Source: Octopus bimaculoides (Eukaryota). Taken from it: DNA of 64,000 nt. Under the pieces are notes generated by a model. It saw nothing but the letters and a program-made list of their open reading frames with translations. It had not been told where the DNA came from and searched no databases. The stretch is from NCBI RefSeq assembly GCF_001194135.2, contig NC_068990.1, positions 88,774,286 to 88,838,285 on the forward strand. The letters are read 5' to 3'. Every line of letters begins with the position of its first letter. Positions within the stretch are counted from its first letter, which is position 1. Positions 27,101-40,200 of this stretch are shown piece after piece. The translations under genes and the position numbers were made by a program.

Positions 27101-30100
27101 CTTGGATGAGTGTTCTCGCCACTTCTTGTGCCCTGACCTACAGGTTTATGCACTGTGTTCCCCATCCACTCTTGCCACATTCACCTCACTTTCAATCATT
27201 TCCCTTCAGGTCAATCTTCCTTTCCATTCTTACCTTCTTTATATGTGAAGTTTTAAAATTCAGATGGGGGAGTGACCAAAAGGGAATCTTATATGTACTC
27301 CCACCACAGAATATGCTCAAGTTAGAAGATATTATAAATATTGTTGCTATCAACAATAATTATAATTATTCTTCGGGTTAAAGATGAAATCTTTTAAGCA
27401 TCAGACAGAATGTTTTTCTATTTCTTGAACTTCTTAGTTCAAATCCTTCACTGAGTCAATAAAATGAAATGCCAGTTAAGTGTGGGGGGGCCAAATTAAG
27501 TGACCAATTCTGACCTCAAAGATTTCACCTATATTCTATGTTAAAAATTATTATTGTTGTTCTCAATGGCCTAAATTTTACTTTTATTCTAGCTTCTCAG
27601 ATTCATTTTGTGAAAATACAAGATGCAATTCTGGATGTACCTGGGAAAACATTGGCAGACAAGAAAAATGTAACAGCAAATGACTGCGCAAAACAGTGTT
27701 TGTCTGACAAAACTTGTTTATCATTCGAAATAAATAAGCAAAGTGGAAAATGCTACTTTTCAAAAGAAAATACAGCTACCTCTAAGAAAATCAAAACAAC
27801 GAAAAGCAGAGATTACTACCAACGAATAAAATGTAATTATTCTTTGCATTTTATCACTAGAATACACTTTTCCATAATTTCTGAAATTCGTGATTCCATC
27901 TGTACTTTAAAATATATAGACAACCATTTTTATAAAGACATTGACTGGTTTACCTATAAGGACAGGCATAAGCACATTCCTGATATAAACAATATTAGTA
28001 ACTGTGAATACTATTAAGACATTCTCATACAGCATTTGTTTACTTTGAACATTTTATGCATGTTTTCATTTTTTTTATCTAAGGAAGGAAACTTGTTTTC
28101 TTAAACCTGAATAGCAGCAGCAGCAGCAGTGGAAGTAGTAGCAGTAACAGCAGCAGCACCAGATATGATTTCAAATTTTGGCACAATACAAGCAGTTTGG
28201 AGGTGACAAACCATCAATCCAAGTTCTTGACTGTTCTTGTATCTACACCAGGAGAATGAAAAGCAAAGTCAACCCTGGCAGAGTTTGAAGTTAGAATGTA
28301 ATGAGATGGAATACTGCTAGGTGGCATGGCTTAAGCACAGAATCTCCCCTTTTGTTGCTGTCCTTCATAATCTGATATAGAAAATAACAGAAAGTAGCTC
28401 TCTCTCAAACCTCTGCTGTTATTTTTGATGCAGGTTTAATGCTGAGAAAAGTATGGGAACCTCAAGGACATTTGAGATGATGTTCACAATATGGCATGAT
28501 ATCACTGCCAGCTGATAATCAAGACAGACTGAGTGAGTGACGTGAACATGATCTTTACATGTCTTGCACCAAGCAACCGAGGATTTTAGGTTCAATTCTA
28601 TATTTTGCTAAAGGTTTATACTAAATATGCTTTACTAAGAATGAGGGAAGAAGCTGAGATGTCTTGGAGATGTCAAAGTAATCCATGTCTTCTTTTTGTA
28701 TGGAGTTCCCCCTTTAATATTCAGAGTGGAATATCCTGCTTTGGAGGATTTCTTTTTATTTATTCTGAGCTGTCATTTTGTGGATCAATTATTTGTAATA
28801 AATTGTTCATTTAAAACAAATTATGCACCAGATGCTATATAATATTTAATATGTATGTGTGAAAGTATAAGATAAATTTCTTGTTTTCTTTTTCTATTTT
28901 CTCTAGCTGATGATGAGCTTCTTATATTTAAAAGAACTTCCATACCAGGGCAGGATACTTTTGGCCGGCTGAAAAATATAGAGTTAAAGGAATGTCATCG
29001 TGTTTGTCATCAAAATCCAGGATGTAAATCTTATGAGTACAATGACAGAACAAAATCCTGTGATCAAAGTAATGCGACTCACTTGACTCAAAACCTTCAG
29101 CCTAACAAAGAGGGTTGGGATACTTACATCATTAACCCAGGTCAGTCGAGTATTTTCGTTTTAATTGTTGCATGTGTCAATGTGTGTTTGTATGTATTTG
29201 CATGTATGTACAATACATACTAAATGTCATGGATATGAAACACTCGCATTCAGAATTGTAAGTTTCTGAATGGTGATTCAATGCTCACTGCACTTCCTCA
29301 GCTTTTGCAAGTTTAATGCATGTTTAATGTGTGTTTAATACAGGAGCAAACACCATCAGTAGATCCAAGTTATCACCATATTTTTTCATCATTCAACTTT
29401 TCTAGAATGGATTATAAGATTTAGGCAAAAACAAACAAAAAAAAAAAAACTTTTTATGCATTTGTGTATGGTTAAGACTGAAATAAAATAAAATGAAATA
29501 TATTAAATAAAGTAAGATAAAATGAAAGGATTTGAAATAGTAAGTAAAATAAAATTTAAAATAAAAAAAAATAAATTGCTTGCAACTATGGAAAAATGGA
29601 CATACAATGGGTTAAATGTGTGTGTGTATATATATATATAAACAATATATGAGTATATGCATATATATGTACATGTATGTATATATGTTCATCTACATGT
29701 ACATATAGATACATAACTGGATACATGACGTGGCAAAAGAACAAGGACAAAATGGTAAACAAGGTGCAACAAACAAGCAGGCCACATAGAAACATCCCTT
29801 TCATCAGCTGCCACCATTAAAACTCCGATGTTTCGAAGAATTAAGGCAGTACGCATCGTTAAAATGGTTCTTCCCACAAACACAAATTAAATTGTTTTCG
29901 TGGAGGGTAGTGGCGGACGGAAAACAAGACAGGAAAACGAAACGGTGAAATAAACAAACAAAAAGGCTGTACAGCCAGACGTGAAGTGTGTATGNNNNNN
30001 NNNNGGAGGGGCAAAGAAGTACGTGCGAGCTTGGTGATTCCAAGAACGGAAAGAAATAGCAGCCGGACACACGTGACCAAGGCTGTGTGAAGAGAAAGAG

Positions 30101-30869
30101 TAGCAGAGGGAAAAGGAGGGGAGGAAGTAGAATAAAAGTGAGCAACGAGAGGTAGAGAGAGAGAGAGAGAGACAGTAGTAGTAATGGTCAGAGGCGAAGG
30201 ACGAGTAACAAGAGATAGAGAGAGAGAGACAAGTAGTGACAGGTAGAGGGAAGAATGAGACGGGGAGATAGAAATAGAGAGAGTCGCGTTAGAAAAATAG
30301 TTAACTGTGGTGGTGGGGGGTGCAAATTTCAAGTTTGTTTCACTTGATATCTTTTGTTCTAAGGCAGCGAGCTGGTAGAAACGTTAGCATGCCGGGCAAA
30401 ATGCTTGGCGGTATTTTGTCTGTCTTTATGTTCTGAGTTCAAATTCCACTGAGATTGACTTCGCCTTTCATCCTTTCGGGGTTGATAAATTAAGTACCAG
30501 TTGCATACTGGTGTTGATCTAATCAACTGGCCCCCCTCCCTAAAAATTCCAGGCCTTGTGGCTAGAGTAGAAAAGAAAAGAATATCTTTTGTTCTTAATT
30601 TGTCATTATCTTGTCGTTTTCAATCTCCTCCTAATATACATGCACTATTACTGTCAATTTCTTTTAACAGCTTCACCTACTGCAGAAGTTAACTGTGGAC
30701 CTCCAAAAGACATTGATGATGCAACAAAGTCCTACAAAACCACCACCTACAAATCAGAGGTGACCTATACTTGTCCATTAGGAGAAAAGCTAGTATCAAT
30801 ATGTGAAAACAGCAGTAAATGGAGTTCAGTAGAGACTCCTTGTGAAGGTAACATATATAGGTTCTCTCT

Positions 30870-30910
<41 letters not shown>

Positions 30911-33067
30911 AATTATTGTATACAGTGCTCAGGTGCACTTCAACTTGTCAAAAGTGCGTATAAAGCATATGCAGTAATGTACAAATGTCTGGAAAGTGAA
31001 CAGTGTATGAGTCAGATCCATGCTTGCATGTGTATGGAGGGGAGAAAATCAGGTGTAGTGTTGGCGAATCTCAGGAAGCATGGAAGTTTTGAAGGATGCA
31101 GTCCTCCGACAACTAACAACTGATGCTGGTAGTTTGTTCCATACTTCAGCAACTCTTAGCGTGAAAAAAATGTATCCGAAAGTCATGGGAGCTGTGCTGT
31201 TTTCTGACTTTGTAAAGATGTCCACAGATGTTAGACAGGTGGTGTTTGAAAAGGTGCTCAGAGTTAGAAACTATTATTATAAATATTGGTAAATTAGAAA
31301 ATTACTATTTAAATCTCACAATGAGAGATATTCAGCAACAGTACTTTGGAGTAAAGATTTTTACTAACATAATATGGCAGTCCTGGTTTAGGATGAATGT
31401 TGCTGTAATTTAGCCCCAGGAGACAGTCTCCAGCTGGCTATATGACATGATCTGTGTTCTTATTTCCCTTGTTCGAAAATATAAGGACACAGATTGTGTC
31501 ATATAGCTAGCTGGAGACAATGTCTCCTGGGGTAAATTACAGCAACATCCATCCTAAACCAGGACTGCCATGTTATGTTGGCAAAAATCTTTACTCCAAA
31601 TATTATTAACATCAACAATAATAATTATTGTTGTTGTTATTAAGAGTGATGGATTCTCAGAATCATTGGAGTATCAGACAAAATGTCTCATAGTATCTGT
31701 TATGGCTCTTTACATCTGAGTTCAAATCCAGCTGAGATAAACTTTGATTCCATTTTTCCAGGACTAATAAAATGTAGCACCAGTTAAGTACAGGGGCCAA
31801 CTTAATCAACCAATTCCAACTTCAAATTTCTGGCTTTCTGTCTATTTTATGAATTATCCTTGTTGTTGTTGTTGTTGTTACTTCTCATTGGTCTAAATTC
31901 TACTTTAACTCTAGATATTCAGAATCATTTTGCGACAGTAAAAGAGGCAATTCTGGATGTAAAAGGGAAAATATTGTGGAATAAGAAAAATGTAACAAAA
32001 GAAGCTTGCTTAGAAAAATGTTGGTCTGACAAAAATTGTTTATCATTTGAAATAAATAAAGAAAATGGGGATTGTTACTTATCAAAGAAAACTGCAGCTA
32101 CCTCCATGAAATTAAAGGCAGCCGAAGACAGAGATTACTACCAACGAGTAAAATGTAATTATTTTTTGTATTTTGTGTGTGTCTGTGTGTGTGTGTGTGT
32201 GTGTGTGCACGCGTGCATACATGTATTTTCACAAAAATTATTCAATTAAGCAAAATTGAAATGACAGAAGTTGTGCATGATAAACATTTCCCAACTAAAC
32301 ACAGATACTACAGGTTATTCAACAGAGACGACACAACATCAGCTACAGTTGCACAAAAAACATAAAACTTACCATGTAATCATTAAACAATAACACACCT
32401 AGACACACACAACACTGAACAAAGATGCAACTGCACAAAAAGTAGGACATGCTCATTGCACAGAAATTGGTTACAAATTAACATAGTCTATGAAGCAAAA
32501 GTTTCATAGAAAGGACAAAGAAAAAGGAACTATATCAGCGCTCCTAGCAGAACCATTAAAGACAGATACATACAACATACACAGACAAATTGGACCACAT
32601 ACAAAAAGATTGAAACATCCCTGTCCAAACAGTTCTGGGAATTTAAAAGAAAACAACATCACCACAAACATAAAATGGGAAGTTATAGACCATGAACCAT
32701 CATATCTAAATGGCTCTAGTATCTGCTCTTTCTTCGCTGTAGAAAAATACCACACAATCATGCAAGACATACACAATCCTAAAGAAGAAAAATTATATCA
32801 TCTCACAATGCAGGCACCAAAGAAAATTCATTTTCAAAAAACTGTCCAAACACTAAATATCTATACATATGCCCACAGGCATAAACATTAAACAGATATG
32901 AATATGGACACACATCCGTACACATACAAAATAAGACCCACATGCACATGACATGCAAAAGAACACACCTACTACCATAAATTCAAAACTACACACTATG
33001 TAAAACATTTGTCTATAAGTGTGCATCTGTGTGTGTGCATATGTGTCTGTATATATTTATGTATACT

Positions 33068-33122
<55 letters not shown>

Positions 33123-33753
33123 NNNNNNNNNNNNNNNNNNNNNNNNNNNNNNNNNNNNNNNNNNNNNNNNNNNNNNNNNNNNNNNNNNNNNNNNNNNNNN
33201 NNNNNNNNNNNNNNNNNNNNNNNNNNNNNNNNNNNNNNNNNNNNNNNNNNNNNNNNNNNNNNNNNNNNNNNNNNNNNNNNNNNNNNNNNNNNNNNNNNNN
33301 NNNNNNNNNNNNNNNNNNNNNNNNNNNNNNNNNNNNNNNNNNNNNNNNNNNNNNNNNNNNNNNNNNNNNNNNNNNNNNNNNNNNNNNTACAAAAAAAGGT
33401 GGATTTTTTTGTATGATTGTGTATAGAGGAATATATTATTTTGCTTAAAAGAGTTCCAACACTGTCTGTTTTTTATGTTTTATTTATATTCCTGCAGAAC
33501 TAATGTGGGGTATAGAATATGGAATATACAATATATAATATAATATACAATATATAATATAAAATAAAATAAAAATGGATGGCACCATGAAATAAAGTAT
33601 TGAATGTAGATGAAATATTGAGTGTTCAATATAAAGGATCAAATATATAAATATATAAATATAAATATATATATATAAAGGCGACTCGAGTTTCAGGGCT
33701 ATTTCCCTTCGTCATGGCCGGTATGACAGTCTTTAACAGACTGTGGTTCACTC

Positions 33754-33786
<33 letters not shown>

Positions 33787-33787
33787 G

Positions 33788-33830
<43 letters not shown>

Positions 33831-36800
33831 TGAAGTTGCCTAGTAATCTGCAAGATTTAAAATTGTTCATTTAAAACAAACTATGCAGCAGATGCCTTCT
33901 AATATTTGACACATATGTGCATGTATAAAACGTGATTTTTGTTTGTTTTTTTCTAGTTCATGAAGACTTTATTGTATTTAAAAAAGCTCGCATACCAAAA
34001 CGTGATCAATTCCAACGGCTTGAAGATGTAACTGTAAAAGAGTGTAAAAAATCTTGCAAGAAACATGCAGATTGTACTTCCTTTCAGTACAAAAAGAATT
34101 CTAAAGTCTGTAGTTTGAGTAATGTGACTCACTTGACTCTTCAGATTAAACCTGACAATAAAGATTCGGATATTTACATTACTAGCGCAGGTCAGTAGCA
34201 TACTTTTATTTTATGTTTTGTGTGTGTGTATATGCAATATATATATATAAGTTAATAAATCATATGGTATACACCTGGTAGTTTACCAGTAAAGCACATT
34301 CCCTTTCTGTATTCCTTGGGTATTTGATTAACGAGAGACAGAAGATGTAAGATACAAGAATGTAGTAATCAATAAACATCCTCATATCTTACATCTTCCA
34401 TCTCACTCATTAATCATATATATATATATATATATATATCATCATCATCATTTAATGTCTGCTTTCCATGCTAGCATAGGTTGGACGATTTGACTGAGGA
34501 CTGGTGAACCAGATGGCTACACCAAGCTCCAATCTGATCTGGCAGTTTCTACAGCTGGATACCTTTCCTAACGCCAACCACTCCGAGAGTGTAGTGGGTG
34601 CTTTTTATGTACCACCGGCATATACATATATGCACACATATTGAAATGCCTTAACATTGTTAAGGCATATTTCAGTAATTCTGGTTCACTCTATGTTGTG
34701 CACAACACACACACACACACACATTATAGTCCTCCAAGCTATAAAATATGCATTTAAGGCTAGATACCCATGTGAACTACTGTATAACAATAACCTCATT
34801 TTAAAAGCTGAATCTTTTGTAGAATTAGAAAAGAAATTTTAGGTGTGGAAGCAAAACCTAGAATCAAAGGACTCAAAGTTAACTTAGCAAACACTGAAGT
34901 TTTAGTAAGAAAACAGATAGCACTCTACTCCCATCAGGAAAATTGCTTTGGTATGTAGAAAAGCAGTAGCTAGATATTCCATACAGTGTACCTTGTACAA
35001 ACTATGAATGTGTAAGAGGTACAATGAAATTACAGACAGGTTAACAGAGAAAGTAGACTTTGTATGTAAAATACCCAATTTTTCTCTCAAATCAGTTACA
35101 CTCTGTCATATATGAACTCTGACATTAACCATCCATTGGAGCATACTGGCTTCTTTTCTTTCAAGCCTTTGCATATCCTCAGTAGTCACAGCCCATGTGT
35201 CACTGCCATGTAGCATAGTTGTTCATACGCAAAAGCAAAAGGGAATAAAATGGCATATGTGTGTTTTAAATCTCTACTTAAAATTTTATATTATTATTAT
35301 TTTACAGAACCTACTTCATGCAAAGAAATGAAAAAGTGTGGCAAAAATGTAACTGATGGAGAATACTGGATCTACCCCTCTGTTCTTAATCATAAAAGAT
35401 TAAAGGTTTACTGTTACAATATGAAAACAGATACTCCAAAAGAATATATCACCTTACCACATGAAAATTTTGCATCTTTATCAACATTGAAACCACTCAA
35501 GATATGTGCGAAACTCTTTAACAATAGAATAGACAGACCAGGGAAAATTGTATTTCGGAAAGTTCGAATTTTCCCACAGGTAAATGTTTCATTGTTTGTT
35601 TTATTTTCATGATGTTTCTTATAAATATGAGAAATTAGGGATTTGTTTATCAAGAAATTTTATCCTTTAGCACAATTTTAGCCAAGAAATCTAATTTGGC
35701 AAACTTCAGAAGGAAATAAAAATATTCACTAGAGTTAGTACAATAGTAACGTTGCACTAGCTAAATCTGGATATACAGAGAAAATTGAAAGTATTCCATT
35801 TAGGTGCTTCTCTAAGTAAAGCTGAACAGATATGTAACCCAACATATGGACTTGTGAATGCTGTCAGACATGCTAATGATAAAAAGATGGATAAATGTAG
35901 CAATGTTAATGATAGTAATAACATAGGAATCCGCAGAAGACTAGAAGGAAGAATCGTTTTATTGAAAATAACCACACAAAAAAAATGAACAAAAAATTTA
36001 TTGTCATACAATTAACAGTTTCTCTAATGCACGATATGAGACACATGCAAAGTAAGCAAACAACATAAACATCAGGAAGTTTATAGAAATATACAAGTGG
36101 AACTACACAATAAGAATGTAAATTGATTAATTATGCATACATTCAAATGTTTATACAGTTTAATGTCCACAGGATTACACATACACTCTAATGTTTACCC
36201 AAATACATAGATTTTACACCATACACACATACATGAAAGCATGAAAGAATTTGGCTGCAGCTGTGGAAATTTCAAAGTTTACTGAATTTTTTTTTAATTT
36301 GGTGTATTAATGTAGCTTTCCAAGCTGAATCTCAGGAGATATTTCACTTTTTTCAGAAAAATTTTTTAAAACAGTTATTGAGGTTTAAAGTTTGATAATT
36401 TTCACCCAATCAGAAAGCAGGATTTGGCAGCTGTCATTTTGTGCGTGATGTTTTAATATGAATCAACTTCTCCTATACACACAACATATAACCCTTCATA
36501 ACTTTTTAATTTTTTGGAATTTTAGAAAAGTTTTGAGAATTTGCATTCTACACTCAGGAATTCATACAATTATGCAAAAACCAAACAGAAAATTGAGGGT
36601 TGTGTGATTTAAGGCCTATTTAGCATCAATGAACATAAATTAATATTTATTAATTAAAAATTAACAAACATCCTTTACAGCTGTTACAATTCCAGACCTT
36701 CAGAAAATTAACTACTTAAAAGCCAAATCACTTCACAGGTAGATACAGATATACAAAATAGGTGTTCAATTCCTGCATGTTGAGCAAATGGCTGCAATCC

Positions 36801-37192
36801 ATTAACATATATACATACATACATACATATATATATATATATGTATGTATGTATATAACATACATACCTATATATATAATATATATACAAACTCCTTCAT
36901 TTACCAAATGCCACATATCAGAGGAGGTTCCAAATAATGGTGTAGCTCAGTCAATGGTGGTACTCCAGCATGACCACAGCTTTGCAGCTGAAACATTTTA
37001 AAATAGTTCAAATAAATACACACACACACACACACTTTTAAATATACTCAAATACCCAAAATTTCAAGGACTTCCTGCCTTAAAAACAGGAACAACACCA
37101 AAGTTATTTTGTGTTCTTTGCTACATTGGTTTCTATTAACCCATTTATTCTATCCGAAGAATTATTATTCATTAAGATAGAAGAAATACATA

Positions 37193-37224
<32 letters not shown>

Positions 37225-40200
37225 NNNNNNNNNNNNNATATAATATTTACATACATATATATGTGTGTGCATGTGTATGAATATATTCTTTCTGCAGCTG
37301 TATATAATGTCGGTATGTGTGTGTTTGTACACACACACACACACAATTGAGCTAATCATGATATTTATCATCATTTTTTCTGTCTATAGGATATGAGTGT
37401 TGACAGACATGATTTAACATTCTCAAATCGAGGAAATGGCAAAATAAAAAGCAGACAAGGTTTCGGTGATGCTGGAGATTGTTTGTATAAGAAAAAAGCT
37501 TACTGTTTCAGTAAAGGTTCAATGATTGTAAACCTGCAAAACACTGGCCTAGTCGTTGGAGATATGGTATGATGATTTCCCTTTTATTGTTGTTAATTTC
37601 ATAAGTTCAAATTTTATACATTTTATTTTACTTGGTACAGTCAAATGTGTAGATGATGAGTACACCTTTCCAAATCTTACAGCAACTTATAAAGAAATTG
37701 GGTATATTGTTCAGTAAGGTGTATGTGTAATGTCTGTGTGTGTATGCATGTGTTGTATATATATATGTAGATATGCATTCATTCCAGCCTCGCCACTAAC
37801 CTTTTTTCTTCTTTCCAATCATCTTTTCTCCTGTTTTATATTTTTCTCTTCCTTTTACCTACATTATTTCTTTGTATTTTATTCTGTATTTATAGTGTTT
37901 CACATTATATATATATAAAGTCTAACTGTATTTATCTGTATTACTAGTGCCATATCAGCTTCATCTGAATTTCTCTTATAGCTACTCTTGAAGATGTAGG
38001 CCTTGCCCCAAATGAAGAGGTTGGAGCTTAAGTTCAAATTCATTCAAGCACTATTATGTGTTTTCTATACTGAGATTATCTAGCTCTCACCTATTGACAG
38101 TGTGTGTGTGTGTATAACAGAGAGAAAGCTGTCAAAAATCCATAAGTTAATAAAGTTGTGTATTCATTAAGAGTAGGTATATTAATATTGGTAAAATATT
38201 AGTAGTAGTCATAAACGTTAATATGCTAACAAGAGATGGGCCCTGAACACAGACAATTTGAGAAGACTGGAAAGAAATGAAATGAGCATGCTCCATTGGA
38301 TGTGCAATGTAAGTGCACATGAACAACATACCAAAATGTGCTGAAAGAAGAAATTTGGCATAAGAAGAATCAGTAGTGTGCTGGTATGGACATGTGATAT
38401 ATATATGGATGAGGACAGCTATATAATGAAGTGCCAATCACTTAATGTCGTTGGAGCTTGTAGAACAGAGAGATATATGACAAAATGGTGAAACCTGATC
38501 TTGAACCCTAAGTCTCATAGAGAAGAGGACAAAAGACTGGGATAACTGGTGATGTGTAGTTCTTGAGAAGACCTGCCCACCTTGACAAAACTAAATTCTC
38601 GAAGCACTGTGTATGTATATATGTATATGCACAAATGAGCACCTTGCCCATTCTCCTCCTCCTCCCATCAATCCATTTCTCACACTCCAAACCTCCCTTG
38701 ACATCACTTATTTTTCTTGTTACCCAAAATCATTTCACTTGTTAGCCAGTCTTCATCCATTACTATTGTTTTCTCCACTCTTTGTTATATTGGTCATTCC
38801 CCTGCAATGAAACACCAAATACTCCCTCCTCATGGCCTATGCCAGCCTCTCTTCCCCTCTACTACTGCTACCTGTCTGACAACACATCATCTCTCTCTTG
38901 TCTCCTGATGTCAACTGTATCATTGTTACTATCCAACTGCTCCTCCAATTCTCTCTTCTGCATTTATCTACCTTCCTCAACTCCTGCATCAGTGGTTATC
39001 CTCCTCCTATTATCCACCACTCTCTACATCCACTTTTTAACCTACTCAATGGAAACCTCAGTAAGCTATAAAGAAAGCAGAGACATACTGGAAATACTAG
39101 GAGATGGTTGGAGTAGTCTATCAAAGATGGCTAAGACTTGACTGTTACAGCACCAAGAGTGGAAAAATACTGATTCCAGGAACAAGAGATAGCTCACAGT
39201 GCAAAGGATTTGTGATCCAACAGAGGAGGATCACAGAATGAAGGTGGTAGGGCTTGACTACCAGGAACAATGGACACAGTAGGATGAGGCACTCAAGCAG
39301 CCACTGTACTGGAAAGAACTCTGAAGCACTGATCAGGGATGGTTGTCCTTCCCTTTTCATGCTGTCACCAACCTCTTGCCAACTTCAAATAACCTTAAAA
39401 TATGGGGCAGACTCATCCAGCAAGCAGTATGGAGCAACTTTTTGCACCCTAAACTACATTTTGATCAGATGCCCCAGGGCACTGAGGGAAGGCCAATACA
39501 AGTGAGATGTGACTGAACTCAGTGGAAGGACAGAGTTGATATTTCCCACCAGGTAAAGAAAACAAAATATTAGGACATCATTGACAAGGCCCTTGTCAAG
39601 GGATGGTATGTGGCCACATTCCCCACTGAAGGGGGCTGTCATAGCTTTCTCACTAGATCTGTGTGCTATTTCCAACAGAAAATAGGTTTGGAATGCAGAC
39701 AACTGAAGAAATCTATCAAGGAGAAAGACATGGCAGTTGAAACAAGCTCAAATGGCTAAGGTTGAAAAGAGATCGAAAGTGGAGCCCGTCAACAGGTGAA
39801 GACTAGTTCAGTCCCCATTACCCCACTCAGGTAAAGTGTACAGTGCAAGGGGTGAAACACTTGTGACCCTGAAATACTTACTGACAATACAGCAATGGAT
39901 TTAGAAGAGCTTGCAAAACATCTTAGTAGCTCCTGCAGTTATTGCATACCACAAATCATTTATAATGTTTACTTCACCTAAGGATTATGTAGGCTGAATT
40001 GTCATGGTTGGAATACCTTTGTTTTCTTTTTTTAAAGTTATTACATATCTAAAATCTCGGGAAGAATGAAGTATCAGGATTACAATGTGTGATGTGTCTT
40101 ACTCAGAGATCCAACACAAAATCTGAACTCATGACCTTATAGTTTGTAGTTCACATGATTTACGTCACTTCCATTGGGATTCCTAAACATCTTTTTTTCA

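Noticed and set aside
27538-27592. Signal-peptide-like ORF starts before A exons (MLKIIIVVLNGLNFTFILA; also 23014 and 31860)
   Set aside because: These are translations of T-rich SINE tails and polypyrimidine tracts. Only A6 has an in-frame ATG; the homologous ATGs at A3, A5 and A7 are out of frame or hit stops.
30294-30312. gttaactgtgg resembling a Sushi exon start (pseudo-exon)
   Set aside because: The match is only 11 nt, with no downstream Sushi codons and no acceptor context.
1-34190. CRISPR-like or prokaryotic repeat array
   Set aside because: The recurring motifs (gattactaccaacga, tataaatctgaagtgacc) lie inside spliced paralogous exons kilobases apart. There are no cas genes and no regular spacers.
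36939-37000. tRNA-like start GGTGTAGCTCAGT
   Set aside because: No cloverleaf or T-arm can be formed. The reverse complement matches the SINE segment gtttcag...tgtggtcatgctggag.
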